Both the position numbers and the translations under genes were made by a program. The notes beneath the pieces were generated by a model that did not search any database, had not been told where the DNA came from, and saw nothing but the letters and a program-made list of their open reading frames with translations. Shown here one piece after another: positions 1 to 8,877 of a DNA stretch of 64,000 bases. The number at the start of each line of letters is the position of its first letter. Position 1 is the first letter of the stretch. The stretch lies in assembly GCA_965249625.1 (NCBI GenBank), contig OZ252246.1, positions 2,706,236 through 2,770,235 on the forward strand, read 5' to 3'. Source of the stretch: Nitrospinales bacterium (GTDB taxonomy: Bacteria; Nitrospinota; Nitrospinia; Nitrospinales; VA-1).

Positions 1-1341
1 CGAAGAACCGAGTTTGACTTAAAGAAGGCCCGCGAGAAAGAACATATCCTTGAAGGATTGGCCATCGCGTTGGATAACCTGGATGCAGTGGTTCAGCTTA
101 TCCGCAATGCCCAGGACCCGGCCGCGGCACGCGACAGGCTCATGGCAGAGTTAGTGTTGTCAGAAGTCCAGGCCAAAGCCATTCTTGAAATGCGCCTGCA
201 ACGTCTCACCGGACTGGAGCAGCAAAAAATAGTTGACGACCTGGAAGAAACCCGCAAACAGATCAAAGAATTGCAAAATGTTCTTGCCCACGAAGAAGTC
301 AAGCTTAAGATCATCAAAGCGGAATTGCTGGAAATTAAAAACAAGTATGGCAATGACCGGCGGACAGAAATCGCCGATACGGATGATGAGGGCGATATAG
401 ATATTGAAGACCTCATCGCCGATGAGGATGCAGTGGTCGTTTATACCCGAGGGGGTTATATCAAACGGCAAACCGTTGATAATTACCGGGCGCAAAGAAG
501 AGGCGGTAAGGGCATTCGGGGGATGAACCTCAAAGAAGAAGATGTTGTCGAAAAACTTTTCATCGCTTCAACGCTGAGCCATCTCCTGGTGTTTACCAGC
601 ATCGGAAAGATTCACGCATTGCGGGTTTATTCTATTCCGGAAGTGAGCCGGATAGCCAAAGGAAAATCCATCGCCAATCTTTTGCGTCTCCAGCCGGGAG
701 AGGCCATAGCCAGTATCCTTTCTCTCAGGGAATTTGAAGAAGACAAATTTGTCATGGTTGTCACAGAACGCGGTATCGTTAAAAAAACTTCTCTGATGGC
801 ATATAGGAAGCCTCGACAAGGCGGCATTATCGGGCTGACGATCGACGACGGAGACCGGGTTATCGGCGCAGAATTGTGTGACGGGAAAAGCGATATTTTA
901 CTCGCCACCGAAAGGGGTTTTTCCATTCGTTTTAACGAAGAAGAAGTACGTCCCATCGGTCGCACAGGTAGAGGGGTTCGCGGCATCCGTCTCAAAGACG
1001 GAGACCGGGTCGTGAGTGCGGAAATCGTTCAACCCGGCACCAAACTCCTCACGGTAACTTCAAACGGTTATGGCAAGCGAACGCCCATAGAAGAGTATCG
1101 TCAACAAGGTCGGGGTGGACTGGGTGTTATGACGATCCGTTGCAATGAAAAAACAGGAACCGTGGTGGGCGTGCAACAGGTAGATGAGGCAGATCAGCTC
1201 CTCGTCATCACTTCCGATGGTAATATTGTTCGCATGCGTGTCAGCGAAATATCCGTGATAGGCCGAAACACCCAGGGCGTTCGCGTAGTGGGTACCGGCG
1301 AAGGCAACCAGGTTGTCAGTATCGAAAAACTGGTCGAATAA
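1..1341 (+). CDS. gyrA: DNA gyrase subunit A, C-terminal portion (5' end lies upstream of the window)
   Basis: Frame 1 is open from nt 1 (RRTEFDLKKAREKEHILEGLAIALDNLD..., typical GyrA junction). It continues into repeated beta-pinwheel-like blades (GGYIKRQ, GIRGMNL, GVRGIRL, GVRVVG). The track start at 58 is an internal TTG. Confidence 0.92.
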   Translation, partial: RRTEFDLKKAREKEHILEGLAIALDNLDAVVQLIRNAQDPAAARDRLMAELVLSEVQAKAILEMRLQRLTGLEQQKIVDDLEETRKQIKELQNVLAHEEVKLKIIKAELLEIKNKYGNDRRTEIADTDDEGDIDIEDLIADEDAVVVYTRGGYIKRQTVDNYRAQRRGGKGIRGMNLKEEDVVEKLFIASTLSHLLVFTSIGKIHALRVYSIPEVSRIAKGKSIANLLRLQPGEAIASILSLREFEEDKFVMVVTERGIVKKTSLMAYRKPRQGGIIGLTIDDGDRVIGAELCDGKSDILLATERGFSIRFNEEEVRPIGRTGRGVRGIRLKDGDRVVSAEIVQPGTKLLTVTSNGYGKRTPIEEYRQQGRGGLGVMTIRCNEKTGTVVGVQQVDEADQLLVITSDGNIVRMRVSEISVIGRNTQGVRVVGTGEGNQVVSIEKLVE

Positions 1342-1352
1342 AATCCCTCCCT

Positions 1353-2192
1353 ATGGATGTGACCTCCCAGACTTGTCCTGCTCCAATATGGTCTAACCCG
1401 GCGGGTTGGAACAACTTGAGGGCGGGGGTTTTTTTTCTGGGGTGGATCTTCCTGGTTTCCTGTTCAGAACAGATGGCCCCTCTTCTGCAGAAGGCGAATG
1501 AAGAATGGATTCAAGGCCGAAACCATAGTGCTATCGAGATGTTCAATGAGGTGCTGAAAGAGCATCCCTCCGGCCCGCTGGCGGAAGAAGCCCTGTTTCG
1601 CCTTGGTGAAATCCACCACTTCAGCTTAAACAGTAGTTCACGGTCTCTGGTTTATTTCCAGGAGGTCCTGCAAATGAATCGAGGTGGAGAATTTGGTTAT
1701 CCAGCGCAAAAATACATTGCGGAAATCGCCGAATTTGGTTTGAAGGATTATGGTCAGGCGATCATCGAATACCAAAACTTAATCAATCATTACCCAGGTA
1801 AAAATGACACCGGCGATCATCAATACCGCATTGCCTCCATTTATTACAAAAAACAAAATTACGAGCAGGCTCTGGTAGAGCTGGAAATTTTATTGGAAAA
1901 CTATCCCAAGAGTTCCTGGGTGGAAGAATCCAAATTTAAAATTATTGAAATTCTTTATACGTTGAGCCGGTGTCCCGAGGCAAGAGAACAGTATCGGCAT
2001 TTTAATCTGGAATATTCAGAAAGCCGTTTTAAAGAAGACATGGGCTTTATTGTTGCCTCCTGCTTGGAGGAAGAGGGGCATTTACAAGAAGCTTACAACC
2101 GGTTTAAGGTTTTGGAAGGGCATTATATTTACCCCGCCATACTCAAAATGAAACTGGTGGGCATCGAAAAAAGGATGAAAAAGAAACACTGA
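1353..2192 (+). CDS. TPR-repeat protein with signal/lipobox-like N-terminus
   Basis: 279-aa ORF starting 12 nt after gyrA. The hydrophobic N-terminus ends in LVSC and the body shows TPR-like periodicity ([31 protein letters not shown]). Its stop overlaps the serS start by 1 nt (TGATG). Confidence 0.6.
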   Translation: MDVTSQTCPAPIWSNPAGWNNLRAGVFFLGWIFLVSCSEQMAPLLQKANEEWIQGRNHSAIEMFNEVLKEHPSGPLAEEALFRLGEIHHFSLNSSSRSLVYFQEVLQMNRGGEFGYPAQKYIAEIAEFGLKDYGQAIIEYQNLINHYPGKNDTGDHQYRIASIYYKKQNYEQALVELEILLENYPKSSWVEESKFKIIEILYTLSRCPEAREQYRHFNLEYSESRFKEDMGFIVASCLEEEGHLQEAYNRFKVLEGHYIYPAILKMKLVGIEKRMKKKH

Positions 2193-3475
2193 TGCTCGAT
2201 TTAAAAATTATTCGCGAAAATCCTGAGGCGGTGAAAATTCGTCTCAAACGTCGGGGCGGTGATTTCAAGGAACTGGATGAATTGCTCAAGCCCGAAGAAG
2301 ACCGGCGGTTGGGACTTCAGGAATCAGAATCGCTGAAAAATAAAAAAAAGAAACTTTCTGCAGAGGTCGGTCAGCTCAAACAAAAAGGCCGGGACGCTTC
2401 AGAACTTATGGAAGAGATCAAAGTCATTAACAGCTCCATAAAAGAGCTGGATGATAAAATCCGAACCCTGGAACACCAGGTGCAGGAGAAACTGCTTGGC
2501 ATCCCCAACACTCCTGATGACTCCATTCCTGATGGTGCCGATGAAAGCGCCAACCGAAAGGTGCGCGATTGGGGAACGAAGCCGAAACTTTCATTCAAAC
2601 CAAAAAATCATGTGGAAATTGGCGAACAGCTCGGCCTGATCGATTTAAAAAGAGCCGCAAAAATTTCCGGAGCCCGGTTCGCGGTCTATAAAGGACAAGG
2701 AGCAGGACTGTTGCGTGCTTTGATCAATTTTATGATCGATGTGCAAACCCGGGAAAACGGTTATGAGGAATTGTATCCACCCTTCTTGGTCAACAAGGAG
2801 AGCATGCAAGGCACCGGGCAATTGCCTAAATTTGAGGAAGAGTTATTCGTCATCCGCGACGACCCCCTTTACCTCATCCCCACTGCCGAAGTTCCTGTTA
2901 CCAATTTTCATCGTGATGAAATTCTGGAAGAGGAGTCGTTGCCCGTCTGTTATGCCGCTTACACCCCTTGTTTCAGGAGAGAAGCCGGGTCCTATGGCAA
3001 AGACACGCAGGGATTGATTCGGCAGCACCAGTTCGACAAAGTAGAGCTGGTCAAATTTAGCCGACCGGAGGAATCACCCGCAGAGCTTGAAGCTTTAGTC
3101 GAGAATGCGGAGGCCATCCTTAAAAAACTTGACTTGCATTACCGGGTGATGGAGCTATGTGCCGGTGACTTGGGTTTCTCTGCAGCTAAAACTTATGATC
3201 TGGAAGTGTGGCTTCCCAGTCAGGATACGTATCGGGAAATCTCATCTTGCAGCAATTTTACCGACTATCAGGCCCGGCGGGCTCGGATCCGCTGTAAAAA
3301 ACGCACGGGCAGTAAACCGGAGTTCGTCCACACCTTGAACGGTTCAGGCTTGGCCGCAGGCAGATTGTTTGTGGCCCTGCTGGAAAATTACCAGCAGGAA
3401 GACGGAACAGTTGTGGTGCCGGAAGTGTTGCGCCCCTACTTGCACGGGCGGGAAGTTTTAGCAGGGTATCCATAA
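2192..3475 (+). CDS. serS: seryl-tRNA synthetase
   Basis: 427 aa. N-terminal coiled-coil arm ([12 protein letters not shown]...) and class II core motifs ([25 protein letters not shown]). Confidence 0.95.
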   Translation: MLDLKIIRENPEAVKIRLKRRGGDFKELDELLKPEEDRRLGLQESESLKNKKKKLSAEVGQLKQKGRDASELMEEIKVINSSIKELDDKIRTLEHQVQEKLLGIPNTPDDSIPDGADESANRKVRDWGTKPKLSFKPKNHVEIGEQLGLIDLKRAAKISGARFAVYKGQGAGLLRALINFMIDVQTRENGYEELYPPFLVNKESMQGTGQLPKFEEELFVIRDDPLYLIPTAEVPVTNFHRDEILEEESLPVCYAAYTPCFRREAGSYGKDTQGLIRQHQFDKVELVKFSRPEESPAELEALVENAEAILKKLDLHYRVMELCAGDLGFSAAKTYDLEVWLPSQDTYREISSCSNFTDYQARRARIRCKKRTGSKPEFVHTLNGSGLAAGRLFVALLENYQQEDGTVVVPEVLRPYLHGREVLAGYP

Positions 3476-3622
3476 ATCTATAATTTTCATTTTTGCCATT
3501 CGCGTAACCTTTTTTCAAAGGTCGTGTCAATGCTGAGAGCAGGTTTTCTGTTTCGTTATAAAGCATTGACTTAAAGCAGGAAACCGTCCCTTGACATTTT
3601 CCCGCAAGTAGATAAATATAAA
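3390..3622. repeat. 233-bp direct repeat, copy 1 (serS 3' end plus downstream promoter-like region)
   Basis: Co-linear with 6791-7023, with 5 substitutions visible by eye. Covers the last ~28 codons of serS and 147 nt downstream, including TTGACA at 3591-3596. Confidence 0.9.
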
Positions 3623-3641
3623 AATCAAATTATGAAAGAAA

Positions 3642-4718
3642 CTAAGTTTTAATCATTTCATAAAGTTCTACATTGTAATACAAGTGATGCCTTCCCAACC
3701 AAAGATCGCCCATGATTCCAGCTTCTTTGAGTTCGTGCAAATGCTTACTGGCGGTTTGAGGGTGAATTTTCAGGGCCGTGGAAAATTGGGTTGGCGTTGT
3801 AAAAAGAAATGAAAAAACATGACTCACAGTTTCAATCGCATTCATCTTAGAATGATTTTTGCGAATAGTTTCTGTCAACCTTTGATACAAACTCATCATT
3901 TGAAAAATTTTTGTTTTTGTTTTAATAGCTTCTGACCTGAATCCTTCCAGCACGAATAAAATATATGTTTCCCAATCCTCAGTTTCTGTTACTAGTTGTA
4001 GGGTTTGGTAATATTGAGGACGATTCCTGTTAAAATAAGCGCTGGTATACAAAACTGGAAAACCCAGTAAACCCTCCTGCACTAACTGAAGGACCAGTAA
4101 TATTCTTCCCGTCCTTCCGTTTCCATCGCCAAAGGGATGAATTGCCTCAAACTGATAATGGGCGATGGCACACCTGATCAGTGGGTCAATTTTCAGATTG
4201 TCCGACCTGTTGACAAAATTTTCCCAATTTTGTATTAACTCGCCTATCCTTGAAGCTATGGGTGGTGTATATGTAATCTCTCCGGTTTTTTTGTTTTGGA
4301 TCCCATTTTGTAGTTTCCTGTAACCAACTTTGGTTTGCATCAGTTTTTCGTGTATTCCCAAAACCAATCTTGTTGATATTGAAAAATCTTTGATATGCCG
4401 CATTGCCCAATTGATCGCCTCTTGATACCTCAAAGTTTCTCTGTCCGGGCCTTTTTGCTCCGACACCGGGATAACCTGGCTCTTCAAAACACTTTCTACA
4501 GTCGTATGGATTTCTTCAATACTTGAGCTTTCTACGGATTCCTTAGTCATGGCCACAGACATTAGAACTTTTGCCTCGGGGATACTAGTACAGTACCCCT
4601 TCAGTTCTCCTATCTCCCGGCTTGCAGAATTAAGCGCCTTTAGTATTGAAGTGGTGTCGAAATCTATCTGGGGTGGCAACAGCTTTAAATTATGTGGTTG
4701 ATTGGGATTAAAATTCAT
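3642..4718 (-). CDS. Fic-domain protein (AMPylase-type fold) with Fic_N-like N-terminus and C-terminal wHTH-like tail
   Basis: 358 aa with the canonical Fic motif HPFGDGNGRTGR. The N-terminal SSSIEEI resembles the [S/T]xxxE[G/N] inhibitory helix, with E in place of G/N. Confidence 0.85.
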   Translation of the reverse strand: MNFNPNQPHNLKLLPPQIDFDTTSILKALNSASREIGELKGYCTSIPEAKVLMSVAMTKESVESSSIEEIHTTVESVLKSQVIPVSEQKGPDRETLRYQEAINWAMRHIKDFSISTRLVLGIHEKLMQTKVGYRKLQNGIQNKKTGEITYTPPIASRIGELIQNWENFVNRSDNLKIDPLIRCAIAHYQFEAIHPFGDGNGRTGRILLVLQLVQEGLLGFPVLYTSAYFNRNRPQYYQTLQLVTETEDWETYILFVLEGFRSEAIKTKTKIFQMMSLYQRLTETIRKNHSKMNAIETVSHVFSFLFTTPTQFSTALKIHPQTASKHLHELKEAGIMGDLWLGRHHLYYNVELYEMIKT

Positions 4719-5051
4719 TGTTCTGGAAAATGACGTTTTCTTTGAAATATCCTACCAGAAATATCGAACATTTTGTAATATTTCGACATATTACAGCGAT
4801 GTATCGATTTTATTAGAATATTTCAACATATTGGAGGGTAATATATAGCAGGGGAATAAGATAAATTTCGATAGATTAGCAAAACACATCGAAGTTAAGT
4901 AAAAAATTCGACATAAAGCCACATATTTAAAACCTTTAATTTTAATATATTACCAATAGAAGGGTGAGGACAAGAGATGTTGTGTTAAGGATTAAAGAGC
5001 ATACAAAATTATAGAACTATTTGTGTTTCCTGCTAATTTTCCAGGTTCCCA

Positions 5052-5435
5052 TTAAATAGTTGCGATCAGCTTACAGTCTTTAATGGCCTCCTTGCCTTCC
5101 TCATTCCCAACCAAATAAATATCTAACCTCGCACTTATCCACCCTGTTTTTACTTCTTGTCTGACAAAATAAATTTTTCCGGTTTCAACCGTGTTCTCAA
5201 CTGTTGATTGAACCGTGTGACCTCCTGTATTGGCCTCGACCCTGAAAAAAGTCTGTGCAGCGGTTCTTCCAAGATATATCCCATCTAACATAATGTTCAT
5301 ACCGATAGCAGCCGCAAAAATTTCATCTCTGTAAATATAGATTGTTGCCTTATCGGGGTTTGCGATAAAGCTTTTTGCTTGCAAGTCCAATTTGGGAGAG
5401 GCAGTAGGAACTGTGGCACAACCTGAAAAAAACAT
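5052..5435 (-). CDS. DUF2846-like lipoprotein, probably with a broken or misassembled signal peptide
   Basis: The ORF begins MFFSGCA, a lipobox without an h-region. Upstream in-frame codons read SIFVILIV but lack a start. A GGGAGG SD plus GTG (5467-5465) lies one frame off. One extra nt in the run 5451-5455 would give MKVLFFVILIVMFFSGCA. The body motif ATIYIYRD...LDGIYLG is DUF2846-like. Confidence 0.5.
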   Translation of the reverse strand: MFFSGCATVPTASPKLDLQAKSFIANPDKATIYIYRDEIFAAAIGMNIMLDGIYLGRTAAQTFFRVEANTGGHTVQSTVENTVETGKIYFVRQEVKTGWISARLDIYLVGNEEGKEAIKDCKLIATI

Positions 5436-5625
5436 TACGATTAGAATGACAAAAATAGAACCTTCACTTGCTTCCTCCCGGTTTTAAGACCCGCTTAAAT
5501 GCCTATTAATCACTTGCCAAAAAAATTGACATCGGTAGCTTGGGAGTATACCATCCTCCAAATCGGATAACCTTAATTTTTAACGAATGCCAAATTGCGC
5601 CTGCTTTTAGGGAGGATTCAGGGAA

Positions 5626-6039
5626 ATGATAAAAAGGAGTCTAAAGTCATGGGTTGCTATGTTTGTCTGTTTTATGTTCGTAGTGTCGGGATGTGCTGGG
5701 CGAGCTGCTAATCCTGTAATGGTTGCTCAGTATGGGGATGACAGGAAATCCTGCGAAGCGCTCCAGATGGCAATGAGCCAAACACAGCAAGAAATTTCAA
5801 GGTTAATTCCTGATACTGAAAAAACAGGCTCGAACGTGGCACTCGGTGTTGCAGGATTATTTCTTATAGTTCCATTGTTTTTTATGGATTTCAGTGAATC
5901 GGAAAAAATAGAAGTTAATGCCTATCGACAACGCTACAATCATTTAGCTCTTATAGCGACAGATAAAAAGTGCGGGGATGACATAGCTCAGATACCCGGC
6001 TTCGAAAAACCAAAGGAAGAGGAAAAGAAAGAGGATTAG
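5626..6039 (+). CDS. small lipoprotein, paralog A
   Basis: 137 aa. Signal peptide with lipobox VSGC, then NPVMVAQ..DDRKSC, a hydrophobic segment and EVNAYRQRYNHL...KKCG. Confidence 0.6.
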   Translation: MIKRSLKSWVAMFVCFMFVVSGCAGRAANPVMVAQYGDDRKSCEALQMAMSQTQQEISRLIPDTEKTGSNVALGVAGLFLIVPLFFMDFSESEKIEVNAYRQRYNHLALIATDKKCGDDIAQIPGFEKPKEEEKKED

Positions 6040-6449
6040 GGGAAGATAGTTTTTACCTCTCTTACCGGCATAATGGAGTGCTCAAATCCACAACCATTTT
6101 GTCTTTCAGTTTTAACTAGATGATTGTTCCGTTTTTGTAGGGCATTTAGCTCTACAGCATCAGCCTTCTTGATATCGGAAAAGATTGAAAAAGGAATAAA
6201 TATTGGGAAGAGGCTCCCTACTACACCTACTCCAAGATTATAGTTCTCGGTATCTTTGATTTCTGGATACCGTTCCCAAATCTCCTCACTAATAGTTTTT
6301 AATTCCAAGGCTATCTCTTTGCAAGACTTCTTTTCGTCACTACTTTGAACTATTTGAATAGGATTCGGATGCCTGCCTGCACACCCGGTGGAGAGTAAAA
6401 GAATTACTAAAAGGAACGCATGACTGAAAGTCTGCAAATTGGTCATCAC
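6036..6449 (-). CDS. small lipoprotein, paralog B
   Basis: 137 aa. Lipobox STGC and the same motif order as paralog A (NPIQIVQ..DEKKSC, hydrophobic segment, ELNALQKRNNHL...NGCG). The stop codons of the two genes overlap (TTAG at 6036-6039). Confidence 0.6.
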   Translation of the reverse strand: MMTNLQTFSHAFLLVILLLSTGCAGRHPNPIQIVQSSDEKKSCKEIALELKTISEEIWERYPEIKDTENYNLGVGVVGSLFPIFIPFSIFSDIKKADAVELNALQKRNNHLVKTERQNGCGFEHSIMPVREVKTIFP

Positions 6450-6790
6450 CCTTCGCTCATTTAGAACTTATCCCAACCCATTATGAGACTTGAGTTTGCC
6501 TGCTAATTTTAAATGATGAGGTGAATGTGAAGAATAAAACACAGATCACTGTAAGAGGAACTAAGAGTTGAACTAGGGATTTCATTGAGTGACTCCTTTG
6601 ATGATTTGAAGGCGCGACCACTATATATCGGCAGAGGGAAATTGCGAAGTGAAATTTCTGGAAAGTATTGCTTGGGTATCAGCGTCTATCGCTCCATTTT
6701 TGGTCTTTCTCTTTTAAAGTGTGTGCATTGCTTCTCCTGCTGTGCCATTGAGTGTGCTATGGAGGTCTTTTGGCGACTTTGAGAGAGAGA

Positions 6791-7023
6791 ACCAGCAGGA
6801 AGACGGAACAGTTGTGGTGCCGGAAGTGTTGCGCCCCTATTTGCACGGGCAGGAAGTTTTAGCAGGGCATCCATAGATCTATAATTTTCATTTTTGCCAT
6901 TCGCGTAACCTTTTTTCAAAGGTCGTGTCAATGCTGAGAGCAGGTTTTCTGTTTCGTTATAAAGCATTGACTTAAAGCAGGAAACCGTCCCTTGACATTT
7001 TCCTGCAAGTAGATAAATATAAA
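6791..7023. repeat. 233-bp direct repeat, copy 2 (orphan serS 3' fragment plus tRNA-Ser promoter)
   Basis: Matches 3390-3622. The serS-derived part has no upstream reading frame. The repeat ends 17 nt before tRNA-Ser(UGA). Confidence 0.9.
6992..7020 (+). promoter_or_regulatory. sigma70-like promoter for the tRNA-Ser pair
   Basis: TTGACA (6992-6997), a 16-17 nt spacer, then TAAATA/AAATAT (7014-7020). This places the start about 15-20 nt before the tRNA at 7041. Confidence 0.5.
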
Positions 7024-7040
7024 CGGGTTCACAATATTCA

Positions 7041-7126
7041 GGAGGGATGGCCGAGTGGTTTAAGGCGGCGGTCTTGAAAACCGTTGAACGAAAGTTCCGT
7101 GGGTTCGAATCCTACTCCCTCCGCCA
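7041..7126 (+). tRNA. tRNA-Ser (anticodon UGA), CCA encoded
   Basis: Acceptor GGAGGGA/TCCCTCC, anticodon loop CTTGAAA, long variable arm, T-loop GGTTCGAATCC, 3' GCCA. Confidence 0.92.
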
Positions 7127-7219
7127 CTCGCTAACTTGGCTGCTGGCCGCAGGGGCAGGTTGCAATGGCCCCTCAGGCGGTCAGCGGGGTTTTGAGGGCA
7201 GGATAAAATATTACTTATT

Positions 7220-7310
<91 letters not shown>

Positions 7311-7582
7311 GAGACCTTTGCATAACCCCGGATTACCCCTTCGGGGCACGAGGGCTTGAGTTGAACATCACGTCTTCGTCACCTTGTTCCTCAGAATGAC
7401 AAATAGCCTTGTATTGTCATTCTGAATGCTTCGGCTTCGCTCAGCACAGGCTCCGTGAAGACGTGATATTTTTCCTTAACCTTCGTGCCCCGAAGGGGTA
7501 TGTGATATCCTCTTCCTTAAACTTCATGCCCCGCAGGGGTAATCTCGCTTTTCTGTTTTTTTTCGACTTACGCAAAGCTCCC
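7311..7582. mobile_element. MITE copy (long variant) inserted at the CCA end of tRNA-Ser(GCU)
   Basis: Starts GAGACCTTTGCATAACCCCGG immediately after the tRNA and ends CGCAAAGCTCCC. Carries the central CAGAATGACAA...TTGTCATTCTG hairpin and nested GCCCCGAAGGGG hairpins. Flanks are TCTCCGCCA and TCTCCGCTT (7/9 match). Confidence 0.7.
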
Positions 7583-7646
7583 TCTCCGCTTCGGGGCATG
7601 AAGGCTGATGAGGGGATCATAACATGGGGCCCAAAAGGTAAGAACT

Positions 7647-8246
7647 TTGAGACGTTTAAAATACATAACCATGCTGGCACTGGTTTTCATGGTGAGTTGC
7701 ACTTACGAAAGCAAGGAAGATATCGCTGGCCTGAAAGAGACCGACATCAGCAAACTGAATATTCCCGAAGGGTCCCGGTCCAAGCCCGTCCAGCAGATTG
7801 AAGCTTCATTGGAAGAAGGTTCAGACAGCTATGCGCCTGACGCAAGCCACCCCAATGTTCGGGAGGGGGTGAAAGTCCAGCGAGCGATTGTCGTGCCGGA
7901 GGAAGCAGAAGGCAAGTGGAAAGCGGTCAAGCTTCTGATCAAGAACAAGAAAGACGAGGGACGCAACGAAATGAAAACCATCACCCTGGGTTCCAGTTTT
8001 GAATTGGAAGATTCGGGAATCAGAATTACAGTGGGCCCGTTTTTACCAAATTTTGTGATGAGCCAGAAGGCTTATACATCTGGCGGAAACGAACTGACTA
8101 ACCCTGCTGTTCAATTAGTGGTTGAACAAAATGGCAAGACCATTTATACAGGGTGGGCATTCGCGAAATATCCCACGATGTATGCGTTCGAGCACGAAGA
8201 TTTTGCTCTGCAGTTGATGGATTACATACCCATCGATGTGTCCTGA
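7647..8246 (+). CDS. hypothetical lipoprotein
   Basis: 199-aa ORF with a TTG start. N-terminus MRRLKYITMLALVFMVSC (signal peptide plus Cys). I do not recognise the family. Confidence 0.55.
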   Translation: MRRLKYITMLALVFMVSCTYESKEDIAGLKETDISKLNIPEGSRSKPVQQIEASLEEGSDSYAPDASHPNVREGVKVQRAIVVPEEAEGKWKAVKLLIKNKKDEGRNEMKTITLGSSFELEDSGIRITVGPFLPNFVMSQKAYTSGGNELTNPAVQLVVEQNGKTIYTGWAFAKYPTMYAFEHEDFALQLMDYIPIDVS

Positions 8247-8360
8247 TCTGTTAGCCGCAGGGGCAGTGGGCAAGGGCTAATTGAGCCGAGAAGAATTATT
8301 GCTCGCCAGAAAGAGCGATTGCTATTTACCTGCGGAGGTACTCCGCTAAAACCCAATTAT

Positions 8361-8437
8361 GCGCCCATGGCTCAGCTGGATAGAGCGACGGTTTGCGGAA
8401 CCGTAGGTCGCAGGTTCGAGTCCTGCTGGGCGCACCA
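8361..8437 (+). tRNA. tRNA-Arg (anticodon GCG by my fold), CCA encoded
   Basis: Acceptor GCGCCCA/TGGGCGC, D-arm GCTCAGCTGGATAGAGC, anticodon stem ACGGT/ACCGT with loop TTGCGGA, T-arm GCAGGTTCGAGTCCTGC. Confidence 0.85.
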
Positions 8438-8446
8438 CATAAAATA

Positions 8447-8484
8447 AGCACTTAGAGAAACTTGTCTCTAGGTGCTTTTTATTT
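8447..8484 (+). terminator. rho-independent terminator after tRNA-Arg
   Basis: Stem AGCACTTAGAGA / TCTCTAGGTGCT (one G-T pair), 6-nt loop, followed by TTTTTATTT. Confidence 0.7.
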
Positions 8485-8877
8485 GTATGGTTATAGGTCT
8501 GTTATGGGCCCACTATAAATATAAAATCATATTTAGTATGGGATTTTTTTTATTTCTAGAAGAGTTGGGTTACATTTGGTTTATCAAACCTTTATCCAGC
8601 GCAACCCTGGAAAATGTTAGTATGGGATTTTTTAAAGGACCAAAATCGTGAAAACAGATTTATTTAAAGGGTTTAATAATATTTTGGGCCAAGAGTGAGT
8701 TCCAAGCAAGCCCTACCTTGCTAGGACCTGAGAAGAATGCCAGAAAAGCTGTTTCAGTGCAGTTGAGGGCAGGTTTCGTTGTTCAATGAAGCGTTTTCCA
8801 CAGAAAAATCATTTCACACCTGAGCGAACATATTTTGTAAAATAGAAATAGGCTTTTCTTCGGGAGTAAATTTCATT

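Noticed and set aside
3258-3566. Twin minus-strand ORFs MLYNETENLLSALTRPLKKGYANGKNENYR... (3258-3566 and 6686-6967)
   Set aside because: Their near-identity comes from the 233-bp direct repeat. One is antisense to the serS 3' end, and both run across the tRNA promoter region. No independent coding evidence.
7409-7801. ORFs beginning MYCHSE... or containing ...HSERSEES... and related peptides (7409-7801, 7441-7680, 15461-15742, 15301-15645, 19367-19582, 19518-19733, 46868-47371, 47381-47599, 47418-47681)
   Set aside because: They lie entirely in MITE or hairpin repeat DNA. The shared peptides simply reflect translation of the repeat in either orientation. They have no SD or start context, and they overlap tRNA-Asn or real gene ends.
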